Notes: generated by a model not told the origin, from the sequence alone. A DNA stretch of 64,000 nt from OCS116 cluster bacterium AG-390-I16 (GCA_003279705.1 QCGZ01000002.1:3620-67619); one strand, 5' to 3'; shown: positions 40,531 through 49,869, counted from the first letter of the stretch. Numbers and translations: made by a program.

Positions 40531-40998
40531 TTAAAAAACCCCTGATATTAACCACTTTTCATCATTTTTTATGAACAGGTATGAAGCGCTCCCAGTAAAA
40601 ATTAATGAATTATCTTTTTTGTCGCTCTGAGTGTACTTTACAATTAACAGATAAGTATCTTCACGCATTTTGAATATAGATTTACTTTCAACAGATGTAT
40701 TTATTTCTGTATAATTTCTACCAGTATTAACAAATTTTGATTGAGGGGCTTCTTTTATAAGGTTTTGATAGATAATTTTTATATCTTCTTCACTTTTTGC
40801 AATTTGAACTTCACTTACAAAGCCTTTAAAAAGAGATGGAAAGGAAAATAATTTAGCTAGACTATCCATATCATTTTCAAATAAATGTTTGTAATAAGCG
40901 TTATGATTATCTTCTATTTTTTTAATATCCATTTCATTCGAGTACACATCTTCAATCATTGTTAGAGCAAAAATAATTCCATATATTAAATTCTTCAT
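40531..40998 (-). CDS. secreted NTF2-like fold protein, unknown function
   Basis: 155 aa with signal peptide. The alpha+beta cone-like pattern ends YLFIKNDEKWLISGV. Confidence 0.4.
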   Translation of the reverse strand: MKNLIYGIIFALTMIEDVYSNEMDIKKIEDNHNAYYKHLFENDMDSLAKLFSFPSLFKGFVSEVQIAKSEEDIKIIYQNLIKEAPQSKFVNTGRNYTEINTSVESKSIFKMREDTYLLIVKYTQSDKKDNSLIFTGSASYLFIKNDEKWLISGVF

Positions 40999-41089
40999 TT
41001 CGTTTCTCCATTTAAAATAATAACACTTAATTGTTTATTTTTTTTAAAATTAATTAGAAAATAACAATTTATAAGTAATGGAGAATAAA

Positions 41090-41716
41090 ATGTTACAGGT
41101 ACATCATTTAAATAATTCAAGATCTCAGAGAATATTGTGGCTTTTAGAAGAATTAAAAGCTCCCTATGAAATAATTCATTACAATAGAGATTCAGAAACT
41201 AATTTAGCTCCAGAGAAACTTAAAGATATACACATGTTAGGTAAATCTCCTGTTATTAACGATAATGGAAAGGTTATAATTGAGTCAGCTGCGATTTCTA
41301 CTTATATAATTGATCAATATGCTCCCGCGGATTTTTCTCCCAGTAAGGATGATGGTGACTATTATGAATATCAACAGCTTATGCATTATGCTGAAGGATC
41401 AGCAATGTTACCAATGTTACTCCTTCTTTATTCAAGCTCACTAGGAAAAAATGCAGAACCATTAATGAATAGAATTTTTTCAGAGATAAATCTTCATATA
41501 GGTTATCTATCTGAATGCCTCGGGGAAAATGATTTTTTCTTTAGAAATAAATTTTCTGGTTTAGATACAATGATTTCTTTTGTTTTAGAGGCCGCAAAAA
41601 TTTCTGACTCATTAAAATCATTTCCAAATTTAATAAATGCTCTAGATAATTATCAATCAAGGTCTGCTTATAAAAAAGCATTAGAAAAAGGCGGTGAATA
41701 TATTTTAGGATCTTAG
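41090..41716 (+). CDS. glutathione S-transferase family protein
   Basis: LQVHHLNNSRSQRILWLLEEL...GKSPVI thioredoxin-like N-domain plus a helical C-domain. GGAGA precedes the ATG at 41090; the ORF-track start is 41078. Confidence 0.8.
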   Translation: MLQVHHLNNSRSQRILWLLEELKAPYEIIHYNRDSETNLAPEKLKDIHMLGKSPVINDNGKVIIESAAISTYIIDQYAPADFSPSKDDGDYYEYQQLMHYAEGSAMLPMLLLLYSSSLGKNAEPLMNRIFSEINLHIGYLSECLGENDFFFRNKFSGLDTMISFVLEAAKISDSLKSFPNLINALDNYQSRSAYKKALEKGGEYILGS

Positions 41717-41796
41717 TAGCTATAATAAATGAGAATATTAAGATTATTTTATTCGTTTTATTAATAGGTTAGGAAATAAAAAGGTAGCAAAAAAGT

Positions 41797-42051
41797 TTAA
41801 AGATAAAAAAATGACATTAAAAATCCAGTTAATAAGCCAATAGATATAAAGAAAATTAAATTATAATCCTTATTATAAGATTTATATAAAATAAAACCTA
41901 ATAATGCTACTATTGTTAATTCTTTATAGTTTAATAAAAAATTAATAACAGAATCAAAAAAAGGTAAAATAAGATCTAAAATTAAAATTGAAATAGAGCA
42001 TAATAAGACTATAAAAATAAATAAAATTATTTTCTGTTTAATATTTTTCAT
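41797..42051 (-). CDS. small three-TM membrane protein
   Basis: About 84 aa from the ATG at 42051, preceded by GGAGAAAAA. The ORF-track start at 42090 is a non-ATG extension. Confidence 0.35.
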   Translation of the reverse strand: MKNIKQKIILFIFIVLLCSISILILDLILPFFDSVINFLLNYKELTIVALLGFILYKSYNKDYNLIFFISIGLLTGFLMSFFYL

Positions 42052-42129
42052 TTTTTCTCCTGTATTTATTACAATATCACTTATTAACAAAGAAGAAATA
42101 GTGGGTCATTTATATATTATTAATATAAT

Positions 42130-42570
42130 TTATTTGCTTAAATAATTCTTAATTTTTAATTTCATATCATTAGGAAATTTAATTGGCTTTGCATTTTTAT
42201 CTAAAAGCGCAAACTCTATATTAGCAGAAAATACTTTTTTCTCTTCTTTATAAATATCTTGTTTGATTTTGAGCCTAACACCTTCAATGCTTATAAAATT
42301 TGATCTAACTTCTAATATGTCATCTATAGTTGAGGCCCCCATAAATTTTGAATTCATTTTATATACAACAAAATATTTTGGTTCATTGGAATTAATTAAT
42401 TCTGAGTGATTTACACCCAATAACCTCAGGAAGTTAGTCCTTCCTCTCTCAGCAAACTTAAGATAATTTGCATGATAAACAATGCCAGTAAAATCTGTAT
42501 CTTCATAAAAAACCCTAATTTGAAAAAAATGGGTTTTTTGTTTAATAATTCCTGATATATCAGATGTCAT
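42130..42570 (-). CDS. YbgC/4HBT-family acyl-CoA thioesterase
   Basis: 146 aa with RVFYEDTDFTGIVYHANYLKFAERGRTNFLR, the hot-dog fold signature. Confidence 0.85.
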   Translation of the reverse strand: MTSDISGIIKQKTHFFQIRVFYEDTDFTGIVYHANYLKFAERGRTNFLRLLGVNHSELINSNEPKYFVVYKMNSKFMGASTIDDILEVRSNFISIEGVRLKIKQDIYKEEKKVFSANIEFALLDKNAKPIKFPNDMKLKIKNYLSK

Positions 42571-42718
42571 AATTCTTTCTTAATCACCAATTAACCATAT
42601 ATATCTTAATTTTATTAACCTTTGGAGATACTTTTATACAAAACTATTTAAACAATTAGTCTAATCGCTGTAATTTTGAAAAAAATATAAATAATAAATT
42701 TCATTTTCAGGTTTCTTT

Positions 42719-43078
42719 TTAACTATTATTCGAATTGGATGGGGCATTCATATAATCTCTGTAATAAGTCATAAGTCCATTTTCTACCCTATAAAGACCA
42801 CAACCTTCTATCTCACCCTTAGGAGATTCAGCAATCCATTGTGCCCATGCAACTTCTCCGCCACCATCTATTTTTACAGCTCTAAAGACCGTTTCTCTCG
42901 AGCGCATTTCTTCATTCATTTTTTTCATAAATTCTAGAATTTTTGCTTTCCCTTTGAAAGTTCCATATACAGGATCCTCAAACAATGCATCCTCAGAAAA
43001 AAGATCGATTACCTTCGTATAATCACCTTCATCTTGAATTTCCCAAAATCTTTTTATAACTTCATTTGCACTTTTCAT
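42719..43078 (-). CDS. SnoaL/NTF2-like (ketosteroid isomerase-like) protein
   Basis: 119 aa with FWEIQDEGDY..VIDLFSEDALFEDP and a C-terminal beta sheet pattern. Confidence 0.6.
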   Translation of the reverse strand: MKSANEVIKRFWEIQDEGDYTKVIDLFSEDALFEDPVYGTFKGKAKILEFMKKMNEEMRSRETVFRAVKIDGGGEVAWAQWIAESPKGEIEGCGLYRVENGLMTYYRDYMNAPSNSNNS

Positions 43079-43158
43079 TTTTTTCTCCTTTAATTAATAG
43101 TAATATTAAATTCGAATTGATCCAATAGTGAAAATTTTAACAATTTTAAATAAAAGGA

Positions 43159-43371
43159 ATGCATAGGAATATGGAGTTTTTATTAAATATTCCTTTCTTA
43201 AAATTTTTTTTACTAATTTTAGTTGGAATAATAATATTTGGAAATTTTAAAAATCTTAATAACAAAATCCTAGTAATTGAAATTGTAATCATTTTATTAG
43301 CTCTTATTTTTTTATTTTTAGATATAAAAAGAGTATTCTTTGCTGAAGGAATATCATTAATAGGGCATTAA
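43159..43371 (+). CDS. small two-TM membrane protein
   Basis: 70 aa and hydrophobic, 70 nt upstream of the alternative oxidase gene on the same strand. Confidence 0.3.
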   Translation: MHRNMEFLLNIPFLKFFLLILVGIIIFGNFKNLNNKILVIEIVIILLALIFLFLDIKRVFFAEGISLIGH

Positions 43372-43441
43372 AAAAGTTGATAATTTAAATTGCGTCAATC
43401 TGACACTTCCAAAAAGTAATTTTTACAGTTATTTATTCATT

Positions 43442-44146
43442 ATGATTAAATCAAAATATAAATATAATGAAAAATCTGATTACATAGCTCTTTCTATGAC
43501 TAAATTTTTTAGATTTATTGCTGATAGATTTTTTGCAAAGAGATATGGCCACAGAGCTGTTGTATTAGAAACTATTGCTGGTGTTCCTGGAATGGTTGCT
43601 GGTGTTTGGATGCATTTTAAAAGTCTTAGGAATATGAAAACTGGGCTTGGGGATTATATCAAAGAAATGCTCTCTGAAGCTGAAAATGAGAGAATGCATT
43701 TAATGTTTTTCATTGAAATTGCAAAACCAAATTGGTTTGAGAGAAGGTTGGTTCTCATTGCTCAAATATTTTTCTCTATTTTCTATTTTCTTATATTTAT
43801 TACTTTTCCAAGAACTGCGCATAAAATGATTGCTTATTTCGAAGAAGAAGCTGTTACAAGTTATACTGATTATTTAAATATGATTGAGAGTGGTGAAATA
43901 GATAACATTAATGCACCAAAAATAGCTATCGATTATTACGAACTTGATTTAGATGCAAAACTCTCTGATTTAATTATTAAAGTTAGAGAGGATGAACTTC
44001 ATCATAGCAAAACTAATCATAGATACGCAGATATTAACTCAAAGAACATTGTAAAGAAAAGCAATGAAAAAAGCTTAATTAGTACAATAAAACTTCAAAA
44101 ATTTTCAAATAGTATAATTTCCATGGAAACCAATAAAAGAAGTTAA
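43442..44146 (+). CDS. aox: alternative oxidase (non-haem di-iron ubiquinol oxidase)
   Basis: All four iron-ligand motifs are present: VLETIAGVPG, ENERMHL, YFEEEAVTSY and REDELHH, 234 aa. Confidence 0.9.
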   Translation: MIKSKYKYNEKSDYIALSMTKFFRFIADRFFAKRYGHRAVVLETIAGVPGMVAGVWMHFKSLRNMKTGLGDYIKEMLSEAENERMHLMFFIEIAKPNWFERRLVLIAQIFFSIFYFLIFITFPRTAHKMIAYFEEEAVTSYTDYLNMIESGEIDNINAPKIAIDYYELDLDAKLSDLIIKVREDELHHSKTNHRYADINSKNIVKKSNEKSLISTIKLQKFSNSIISMETNKRS

Positions 44147-44222
44147 TTATATTTACATTTTGATTACTTGACTATGGTTTTTACTCCAATAATCTAATAA
44201 TTGATTCTAAATGGAGTACTTT

Positions 44223-44519
44223 ATGGAAGAATTAACAAAATTAATCATTAAATGGCATCATGATAGAAACCTCATAGAGGGTAGTTCAGATAAAGATCAA
44301 GTTTTAAAATTAATGCAAGAACTTGGAGAATTAAGCGATAGCGTTTGTAAGGATAAAGATGTTAAAGATGATTTAGGTGATATGATGGTCGTTATGTTGA
44401 ATATTATGGAAAGGCAGGGAGTATCAATGGAGGAATGCTTAAAAACGGCTTATGATGACATTAAGGATCGAAAAGGAAAAATGGTCGACGGTATTTTTGT
44501 TAAGGAAGGAGATCATTAA
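44223..44519 (+). CDS. small MazG-like all-alpha NTP pyrophosphohydrolase (phage-associated type)
   Basis: QELGELSDSV...DLGDMMVVMLNI...AYDDIKDRKGKMVDGIFVKE. GGAG precedes the ATG at 44223; the ORF-track start is 44211. Confidence 0.7.
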   Translation: MEELTKLIIKWHHDRNLIEGSSDKDQVLKLMQELGELSDSVCKDKDVKDDLGDMMVVMLNIMERQGVSMEECLKTAYDDIKDRKGKMVDGIFVKEGDH

Positions 44520-44520
44520 C

Positions 44521-44682
44521 TTGACTACTAATTCTAGTTTTTTGGCTTTTAAATCAGCTTTAATGGTTGGTAAAGATGACAAAAGTTTAAGGAAAAATCT
44601 TAATAAAAGTGAAATTGATAGAGCAATAAAAGAAGTTGAAATAGAATTGAGAAATAAAAAATTTAAAATCAAAGATTTCTAA
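44521..44682 (+). CDS. 53-aa basic protein, translationally coupled to the MazG-like gene
   Basis: The TTG at 44521 lies 1 nt after the mazG-like stop and 9 nt after AAGGAAGGAG. An in-frame ATG at 44563 is an alternative start. Same frame as ORF 44452-44682. Confidence 0.4.
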   Translation: MTTNSSFLAFKSALMVGKDDKSLRKNLNKSEIDRAIKEVEIELRNKKFKIKDF

Positions 44683-44984
44683 TGGATATAGATTTAAAAA
44701 AAGAACCTGAAAACCTATATGAAGCTTTAAAAGACGCACTTTTTATTCATATAATGGCACCTACAAAAGAGCAATCGGATGAAGCACTGCATTTAGCTGA
44801 TATATTCTCGGAAAATTTAACTGAAGAAGAGATTTTAAAAGCAAAAAGTGAGGTCGATTTAAAAGTTGATGAATTATCAAAAGAAAATAATAATATGGAT
44901 AAATCTGTCAAAATAGACAATTATTTAACACCTGGATGGGACGAAGAACTTAATAATTTAGAGATATTCGATCTAGAGGACTAA
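44682..44984 (+). CDS. 100-aa acidic protein, unknown function
   Basis: Its ATG overlaps the upstream stop (TAATG). The protein is strongly acidic with tail DEELNNLEIFDLED. Confidence 0.5.
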   Translation: MDIDLKKEPENLYEALKDALFIHIMAPTKEQSDEALHLADIFSENLTEEEILKAKSEVDLKVDELSKENNNMDKSVKIDNYLTPGWDEELNNLEIFDLED

Positions 44985-45133
44985 AATCCATAATAAAAAA
45001 CAAGAATTTTATTGATTAATATTAAAAAAAAATAAACAAAAGTAAAAAAGCCAAAAAATATTATTAGTAAAAAAAATATTTTATTCATGAATAATACATG
45101 AGGTTAATTTTATATAATAAGTTATTAATATTA

Positions 45134-45457
45134 TTATACTTTTTTATCTTCTTTTTTCTCTAATAATGTAATTTTATCAATAAAGCATGAATAATTTTTA
45201 AGCTTTAAAACATCGTTTGAACATATTTTATAACCCATTTTTATTGGTTCAATTATTAAAGGGTGTTGAAATGTTAGGTGCCTAGATCCTTTACATGTCA
45301 GAGAATAATTTACATTTCTTCTATTTTCAAAAATTAAATGATCTTTTTTAAATAAAATATTTTCAATGTCTCTTGTTTTAAAGCAAATTCTTTCTTCAGA
45401 TTTGACAGCTAAAGGGATTAAAGCAACCAATAATAGAGCTAATATAACATTTTTCAT
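45134..45457 (-). CDS. small secreted four-cysteine protein
   Basis: 107 aa with signal peptide MKNVILALLLVALIPLAVKS and four Cys in the mature part. Confidence 0.45.
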   Translation of the reverse strand: MKNVILALLLVALIPLAVKSEERICFKTRDIENILFKKDHLIFENRRNVNYSLTCKGSRHLTFQHPLIIEPIKMGYKICSNDVLKLKNYSCFIDKITLLEKKEDKKV

Positions 45458-45520
45458 TTTTTATCTTTCTTGACTATAGTTACAAAATTAAACTTAATAA
45501 ATAAACATTATCAAATTATC

Positions 45521-46807
45521 ATGTATCAAGAAAAAGAAAAAGAAAAAATAGAATCTAGAAATTACATTTTTTTATGTTTTTTAATACTTTTAAATGTAAT
45601 GAACTTTGTTGACCGTCAGTTATTAGCAAGTTTTGCAAATTTTATTATTCCTGATTTATCTCTAACAAACACTCAGTTTGGAATTTTAACTGGATTTGGT
45701 TTTTTATTTTTTTATTCAATTATGGGCCTTTTTATGGGGATTTTGGCTGATAAATTCCATCGACCTAAATTAATTGCACTAGGCGTAGGTTTATGGAGTG
45801 CTTTAACTGCAATATCAGGAGCTGCTAGAGGCTTTGTTGGATTGTTATTACCTAGAATGTTTATTGGGGTAGGGGAATCTATTTTAACACCTACATCTCT
45901 TTCTCTTTTGGGAGATAAATTCCCTCAAAATAAAATGGGTTTTGTTACTGGGGCTTATTATATGGGGGTTCCTATTGGCGCAGGTTTAAGTCTAATAATT
46001 GCAGGTTATTTGGGGCCTATAATTGGTTGGAGAATGTGTTTTTATATTCTTGGAATGATAGGCCTAATTTTTGCTGGAATAATGTTTTTTATTAAAGAAA
46101 CCCCAAGAAAAAATATTAAAGAAAATGTAGTTGAAAAAAAAATTAATTTTAAAGAAATAAGAATGGATATATCTACAGCTTTAAAAGAAAACCCAGCACT
46201 TACACTTTGTATATATGGTGCAGTTATTTATCACTTGGTTTTGGGGGCTGCAGTATACGATCAAGTCTGGTATGTTAAAGAAAGAGGCTTTGATAGAGCT
46301 GAAATTGCTCAATATACAGGTTATATTGTCGTAGTTTTCGGTATTTTAGGAAATCTTTTTGGCGGCATTGGTTCAGATTTATTTAGAGAAAAGTTTAAAT
46401 TAGGACGACCTATGTTCTTATTTTGGCTTATGCTTTTTCTTCTACCAATTAATATACTTGGAAGACTGGTTTCACCTGAAAATTATATTTTTTGGTTTGC
46501 TATGATGGCTGGATCTTTTCAGTTAGGAGCTCTTTATGGTCCAACTTTCTCAACAGTTCAAGAGCTAGCACCATCGCACATGAAGGCTACTGTAATAGCC
46601 TTCTTAATTCTTAATATAAATTTGATTGGAATGTTTATAGGAACAACCGGAACCGGTATAATTATTGATACTCTATTAGCTTATAACGAAACTGCAACCA
46701 ATCCTATTATAGAGCCTTATACAAAAACATTGTTATTTTTTACACTAATATCGTCTTTATCAATACCAATGTTTTGGTTAGCAGGAAAAAAACAAAAAAC
46801 TAATTAA
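45521..46807 (+). CDS. MFS transporter
   Basis: About 428 aa with 12 predicted TM segments and MFS motifs (D-R-x-x-R-like DKFHRPK, GVGES). ATG at 45521 preferred over the TTG at 45470. Confidence 0.85.
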   Translation: MYQEKEKEKIESRNYIFLCFLILLNVMNFVDRQLLASFANFIIPDLSLTNTQFGILTGFGFLFFYSIMGLFMGILADKFHRPKLIALGVGLWSALTAISGAARGFVGLLLPRMFIGVGESILTPTSLSLLGDKFPQNKMGFVTGAYYMGVPIGAGLSLIIAGYLGPIIGWRMCFYILGMIGLIFAGIMFFIKETPRKNIKENVVEKKINFKEIRMDISTALKENPALTLCIYGAVIYHLVLGAAVYDQVWYVKERGFDRAEIAQYTGYIVVVFGILGNLFGGIGSDLFREKFKLGRPMFLFWLMLFLLPINILGRLVSPENYIFWFAMMAGSFQLGALYGPTFSTVQELAPSHMKATVIAFLILNINLIGMFIGTTGTGIIIDTLLAYNETATNPIIEPYTKTLLFFTLISSLSIPMFWLAGKKQKTN

Positions 46808-47570
46808 TTGATTTTGGGGGATCCTTAATATCAGACCAGTTAAGCTCGATTGGTCCACCATTTGATATTAAAATAAAAGTAACACCATCAGGACCTGGTT
46901 TTTCTGGTCCATACGAATGACCACCTTCGACAACCCTGATATCACCTTTTTTATAAATTGGCTCTTCATCGCTAAACGACATCTCTCCATCCATAATAAA
47001 ATACATTGTATCGTATTTGTGCCAATGATCTTTTGCTTCATAGTCAGGATCAAACTTGGTTCTAACTATATATGGAGACTCATCGCATATAACTTGAACA
47101 GGTTGTGTAGGTCTTCCAAACTCATCTTCAAATGGTATAAAAGGGACAGTATTAATATTTGCATTACCAACACCATTTCCTCTTTTAGCGAGAGATTCTT
47201 TTAAATCATCGGGAAGAGGGTATAAATCATCCCACATTAATGGAATATCCCCGCCCAATGCAATAAGATAAAATCTTGACCCCTTATCACCAGCACCTTC
47301 TTTTGTTGATTGACCAGCTTTTACCCACCTAATGTCTCCTGGATAAAAAGATCCTTCTCCTTCCGCTATAAATTCACCTTCAAGAAAAATTTGAACAATA
47401 TCATAAGGATGCCAATGGGATTCAGCAACGTAATTGGGTAATAAATCTGCTTCCCAAATATACTGATTACCCTCATAAAATGTTCTTACCTTAGAGGTTT
47501 CTCTTCCATGTTTGTCACCAAAATAATCCCAATCATAATCATTAGTTTTTATATGTTTCCAATTTGTCAT
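46800..47570 (-). CDS. bicupin-like protein, unknown function
   Basis: 256 aa with two internally similar halves, each with an HWH..D....F..GE and GDIR.V..G pattern. Confidence 0.5.
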   Translation of the reverse strand: MTNWKHIKTNDYDWDYFGDKHGRETSKVRTFYEGNQYIWEADLLPNYVAESHWHPYDIVQIFLEGEFIAEGEGSFYPGDIRWVKAGQSTKEGAGDKGSRFYLIALGGDIPLMWDDLYPLPDDLKESLAKRGNGVGNANINTVPFIPFEDEFGRPTQPVQVICDESPYIVRTKFDPDYEAKDHWHKYDTMYFIMDGEMSFSDEEPIYKKGDIRVVEGGHSYGPEKPGPDGVTFILISNGGPIELNWSDIKDPPKSIN

Positions 47571-47573
47571 TTT

Positions 47574-48623
47574 TTATGGCTGTAAAACAACCCTCCCTGT
47601 AATTGAACCATCTCTTAAGTCATCAAGAGTTTGAGTAGCTTCTTTAATATCTCTCTTAGAAACTGGAATAGGGTCGACTTTTCCTTGTTTAACTAATTCA
47701 AGCATTTCTTTAGTTTCTTCAAGATTTCCTACAAAACTACCCCCAATACTTTTTGCAGATAACGGAAACATTGGTATAGGCATTTGAAAAGCTCCTCCAA
47801 AAAGACCAACAACAACAACTTGACCACCTTTTTTTGTCGAGTCTAAAGAATATTGGACAGTTTTTTCAGCCCCTACAAAATCAGCTGTAGCTTTTACACC
47901 GCCACCTGTATCTTCTAATAATTTCTTTATAGAAAGTTCATCAGATGTATCATAAACTTCATCTGCACCAGCACCTTTTGCAGCTTGAAGTTTATTAGGA
48001 TCTATATCTGCTGCCAAAATTTTACAATTAAATAAGGCCCTAGCAAATTGTAAACCCATCATTCCAACACCACCTAAACCCATAATTAAGATATGATCAT
48101 CATCGGATATATTAACAAACTTTTTTAAAGCTCCAAAGGCTGTAAGTCCAGAACACATATAAGTTGCCGCTAATCCAGGTCTTATACCTTCATAATCTAA
48201 AACATATTTGGAATCTGGAACTATACAATAATCAGCAAACCCCCCAGGTAATTGAATACCTAGCTGCCTAGGTGCATTACAATAATGTTCATCACCAGCT
48301 TTGCATGTTGCACACTCCCCACAGCCAATCCATGGGTATGCAACAACATGTGATCCAATTTCAACTTCAGTTACTTCTGGCCCAATACTTACAACTTCGC
48401 CTTCGATCTCATGACCCATTGTGTGTGGCAAATTAAGCATTGCCCCTACAGGTAATTTATTTCCTCCACCTAAATCAAAATAACCATCATGAATATGAAC
48501 ATCAGAGTGACAAACTCCACTATGCGTAATTTTTAATAGAACTTCATTTCCTTTTGGCTCAGGTGTTTCTGTCTCAATGGTTTGGAGTGGTTTACCTAAT
48601 TCAACAATTGCTTCACTCTTCAT
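47574..48623 (-). CDS. zinc-dependent alcohol dehydrogenase family oxidoreductase
   Basis: GVCHSDVH, GHEIEGEVV, the structural zinc site CGECATCKAGDEHYC and a GLGGVG Rossmann motif. Confidence 0.9.
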   Translation of the reverse strand: MKSEAIVELGKPLQTIETETPEPKGNEVLLKITHSGVCHSDVHIHDGYFDLGGGNKLPVGAMLNLPHTMGHEIEGEVVSIGPEVTEVEIGSHVVAYPWIGCGECATCKAGDEHYCNAPRQLGIQLPGGFADYCIVPDSKYVLDYEGIRPGLAATYMCSGLTAFGALKKFVNISDDDHILIMGLGGVGMMGLQFARALFNCKILAADIDPNKLQAAKGAGADEVYDTSDELSIKKLLEDTGGGVKATADFVGAEKTVQYSLDSTKKGGQVVVVGLFGGAFQMPIPMFPLSAKSIGGSFVGNLEETKEMLELVKQGKVDPIPVSKRDIKEATQTLDDLRDGSITGRVVLQP

Positions 48624-49869
48624 TATGCATCTCCATTTGGTTTTTATTCATTTTTAAAGCTTTTTCTGAACTTGCTACTATTGTTGATACAGTGCTATCA
48701 CCTGTAACATTAACAACTGTTCTAATCATATCAAGAATTCTATCAACTCCTAAAATAAGTGCAATACCTTCAGTAGGTAATCCAACCTGAGATAAGACCA
48801 TTGCAAGCATAATAAGACCAACACCTGGAACTCCAGCTGTACCAATTGAAGCTAACGTTGCAGTTAAAATCACCATTAGATAATCTATTGTTGATAAATC
48901 AATATTATAGGCATTTGCTATAAAAACAGTTGCGACACCTTGCATTATTGCAGTTCCATCCATATTTATGGTTGCCCCTAAAGGAATTGTAAACGATGCA
49001 ATTTTTTTATCAACGCCAATATCTTCTGTAACAGTTTTTAAAGTAACAGGCATTGTTGCATTTGAAGAAGAGGTTGAAAAAGCAAAAATCATCAATGGTC
49101 TTAATTTACCAAAAAACCAATAGGGATTTATTTTTGTAAAAAAATACAAAAGGGAAGGGTATACAACAAGCCCATGAATAAGAAGAACAAATATAACTAA
49201 AAAGAAATATTCAGCTAAATTTCCTAAAACATTTAAACCTTGAACAGCAAAAAGTGATCCCAACAAGCAAAAAACACCAATAGGTGCAAAATTAATTAAA
49301 ATAAAAACCATCTTCATTATGACATTTGTTATATTATTCATAATTTCAAAAAGATTTTTATTAACGTCTTTTGTAAGCCTAAGCGCAATTCCAAAAAATA
49401 TTGAAAAAACAATTATCTGCAGCATTTTACCTTCAGCCATTGCCTGAACTGGATTCGTTGGAAAAATATCAATAATTACCGATTTTAAACTTGGAGCTTC
49501 GGGTGCATTAAATTGAGATAATGTTATAAGGTCTAGTCCTGAACCAGGTGAAACGAATATTGCAATTAAAAGACCAAGAGAGATGGCGAGAGCTGTGGTG
49601 AATAAATATAGTAATAATGTTTTGAGGGCTATTAAAGAAATTTTCTTCTCTTTATCAAATGAAGCAACACCAGTTGATAATGAAAAAAATACAAGCGGCA
49701 CAACCATTAATTTAAGAGAAGATATAAATATAGATCCTATAATTTCAAAAATACCTTCAATAAAATATGTATTGATATAAAAATTATTATTAAGAGAGAA
49801 AAAATTTATTACAGACCCCGTAATAAAGCCAAGTAACATTCCTATTATTATTTTTAAAGTTAAAGACAT
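48613..49869 (-). CDS. dicarboxylate/amino acid:cation symporter (DAACS family)
   Basis: 418 aa with SSSNATMP and GATINMDGTA hairpin motifs. Confidence 0.9.
   Translation of the reverse strand: MSLTLKIIIGMLLGFITGSVINFFSLNNNFYINTYFIEGIFEIIGSIFISSLKLMVVPLVFFSLSTGVASFDKEKKISLIALKTLLLYLFTTALAISLGLLIAIFVSPGSGLDLITLSQFNAPEAPSLKSVIIDIFPTNPVQAMAEGKMLQIIVFSIFFGIALRLTKDVNKNLFEIMNNITNVIMKMVFILINFAPIGVFCLLGSLFAVQGLNVLGNLAEYFFLVIFVLLIHGLVVYPSLLYFFTKINPYWFFGKLRPLMIFAFSTSSSNATMPVTLKTVTEDIGVDKKIASFTIPLGATINMDGTAIMQGVATVFIANAYNIDLSTIDYLMVILTATLASIGTAGVPGVGLIMLAMVLSQVGLPTEGIALILGVDRILDMIRTVVNVTGDSTVSTIVASSEKALKMNKNQMEMHNEE

Noticed and set aside
44439-44672. 77-aa hydrophobic minus-strand ORF opposite the small gene after the MazG-like gene
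   Set aside because: The plus-strand frame has a strong SD and stop/start coupling with both neighbours. The minus-strand ORF has no such signals.
45081-45094. Perfect 14-bp palindrome TTATTCATGAATAA, and a 26-codon hydrophobic minus-strand ORF starting in it
   Set aside because: It is AT-only sequence in an A/T-rich spacer, so a chance palindrome is plausible. It does not match the Fur-box consensus well, and the mini-ORF has no ribosome-binding site. Noted but not supported.
35490-45500. Intact prophage or ICE
   Set aside because: No integrase, excisionase, terminase, capsid, tail, relaxase or type IV secretion genes are recognisable. Only the att-like repeats and one phage-type MazG-like gene hint at mobile ancestry.
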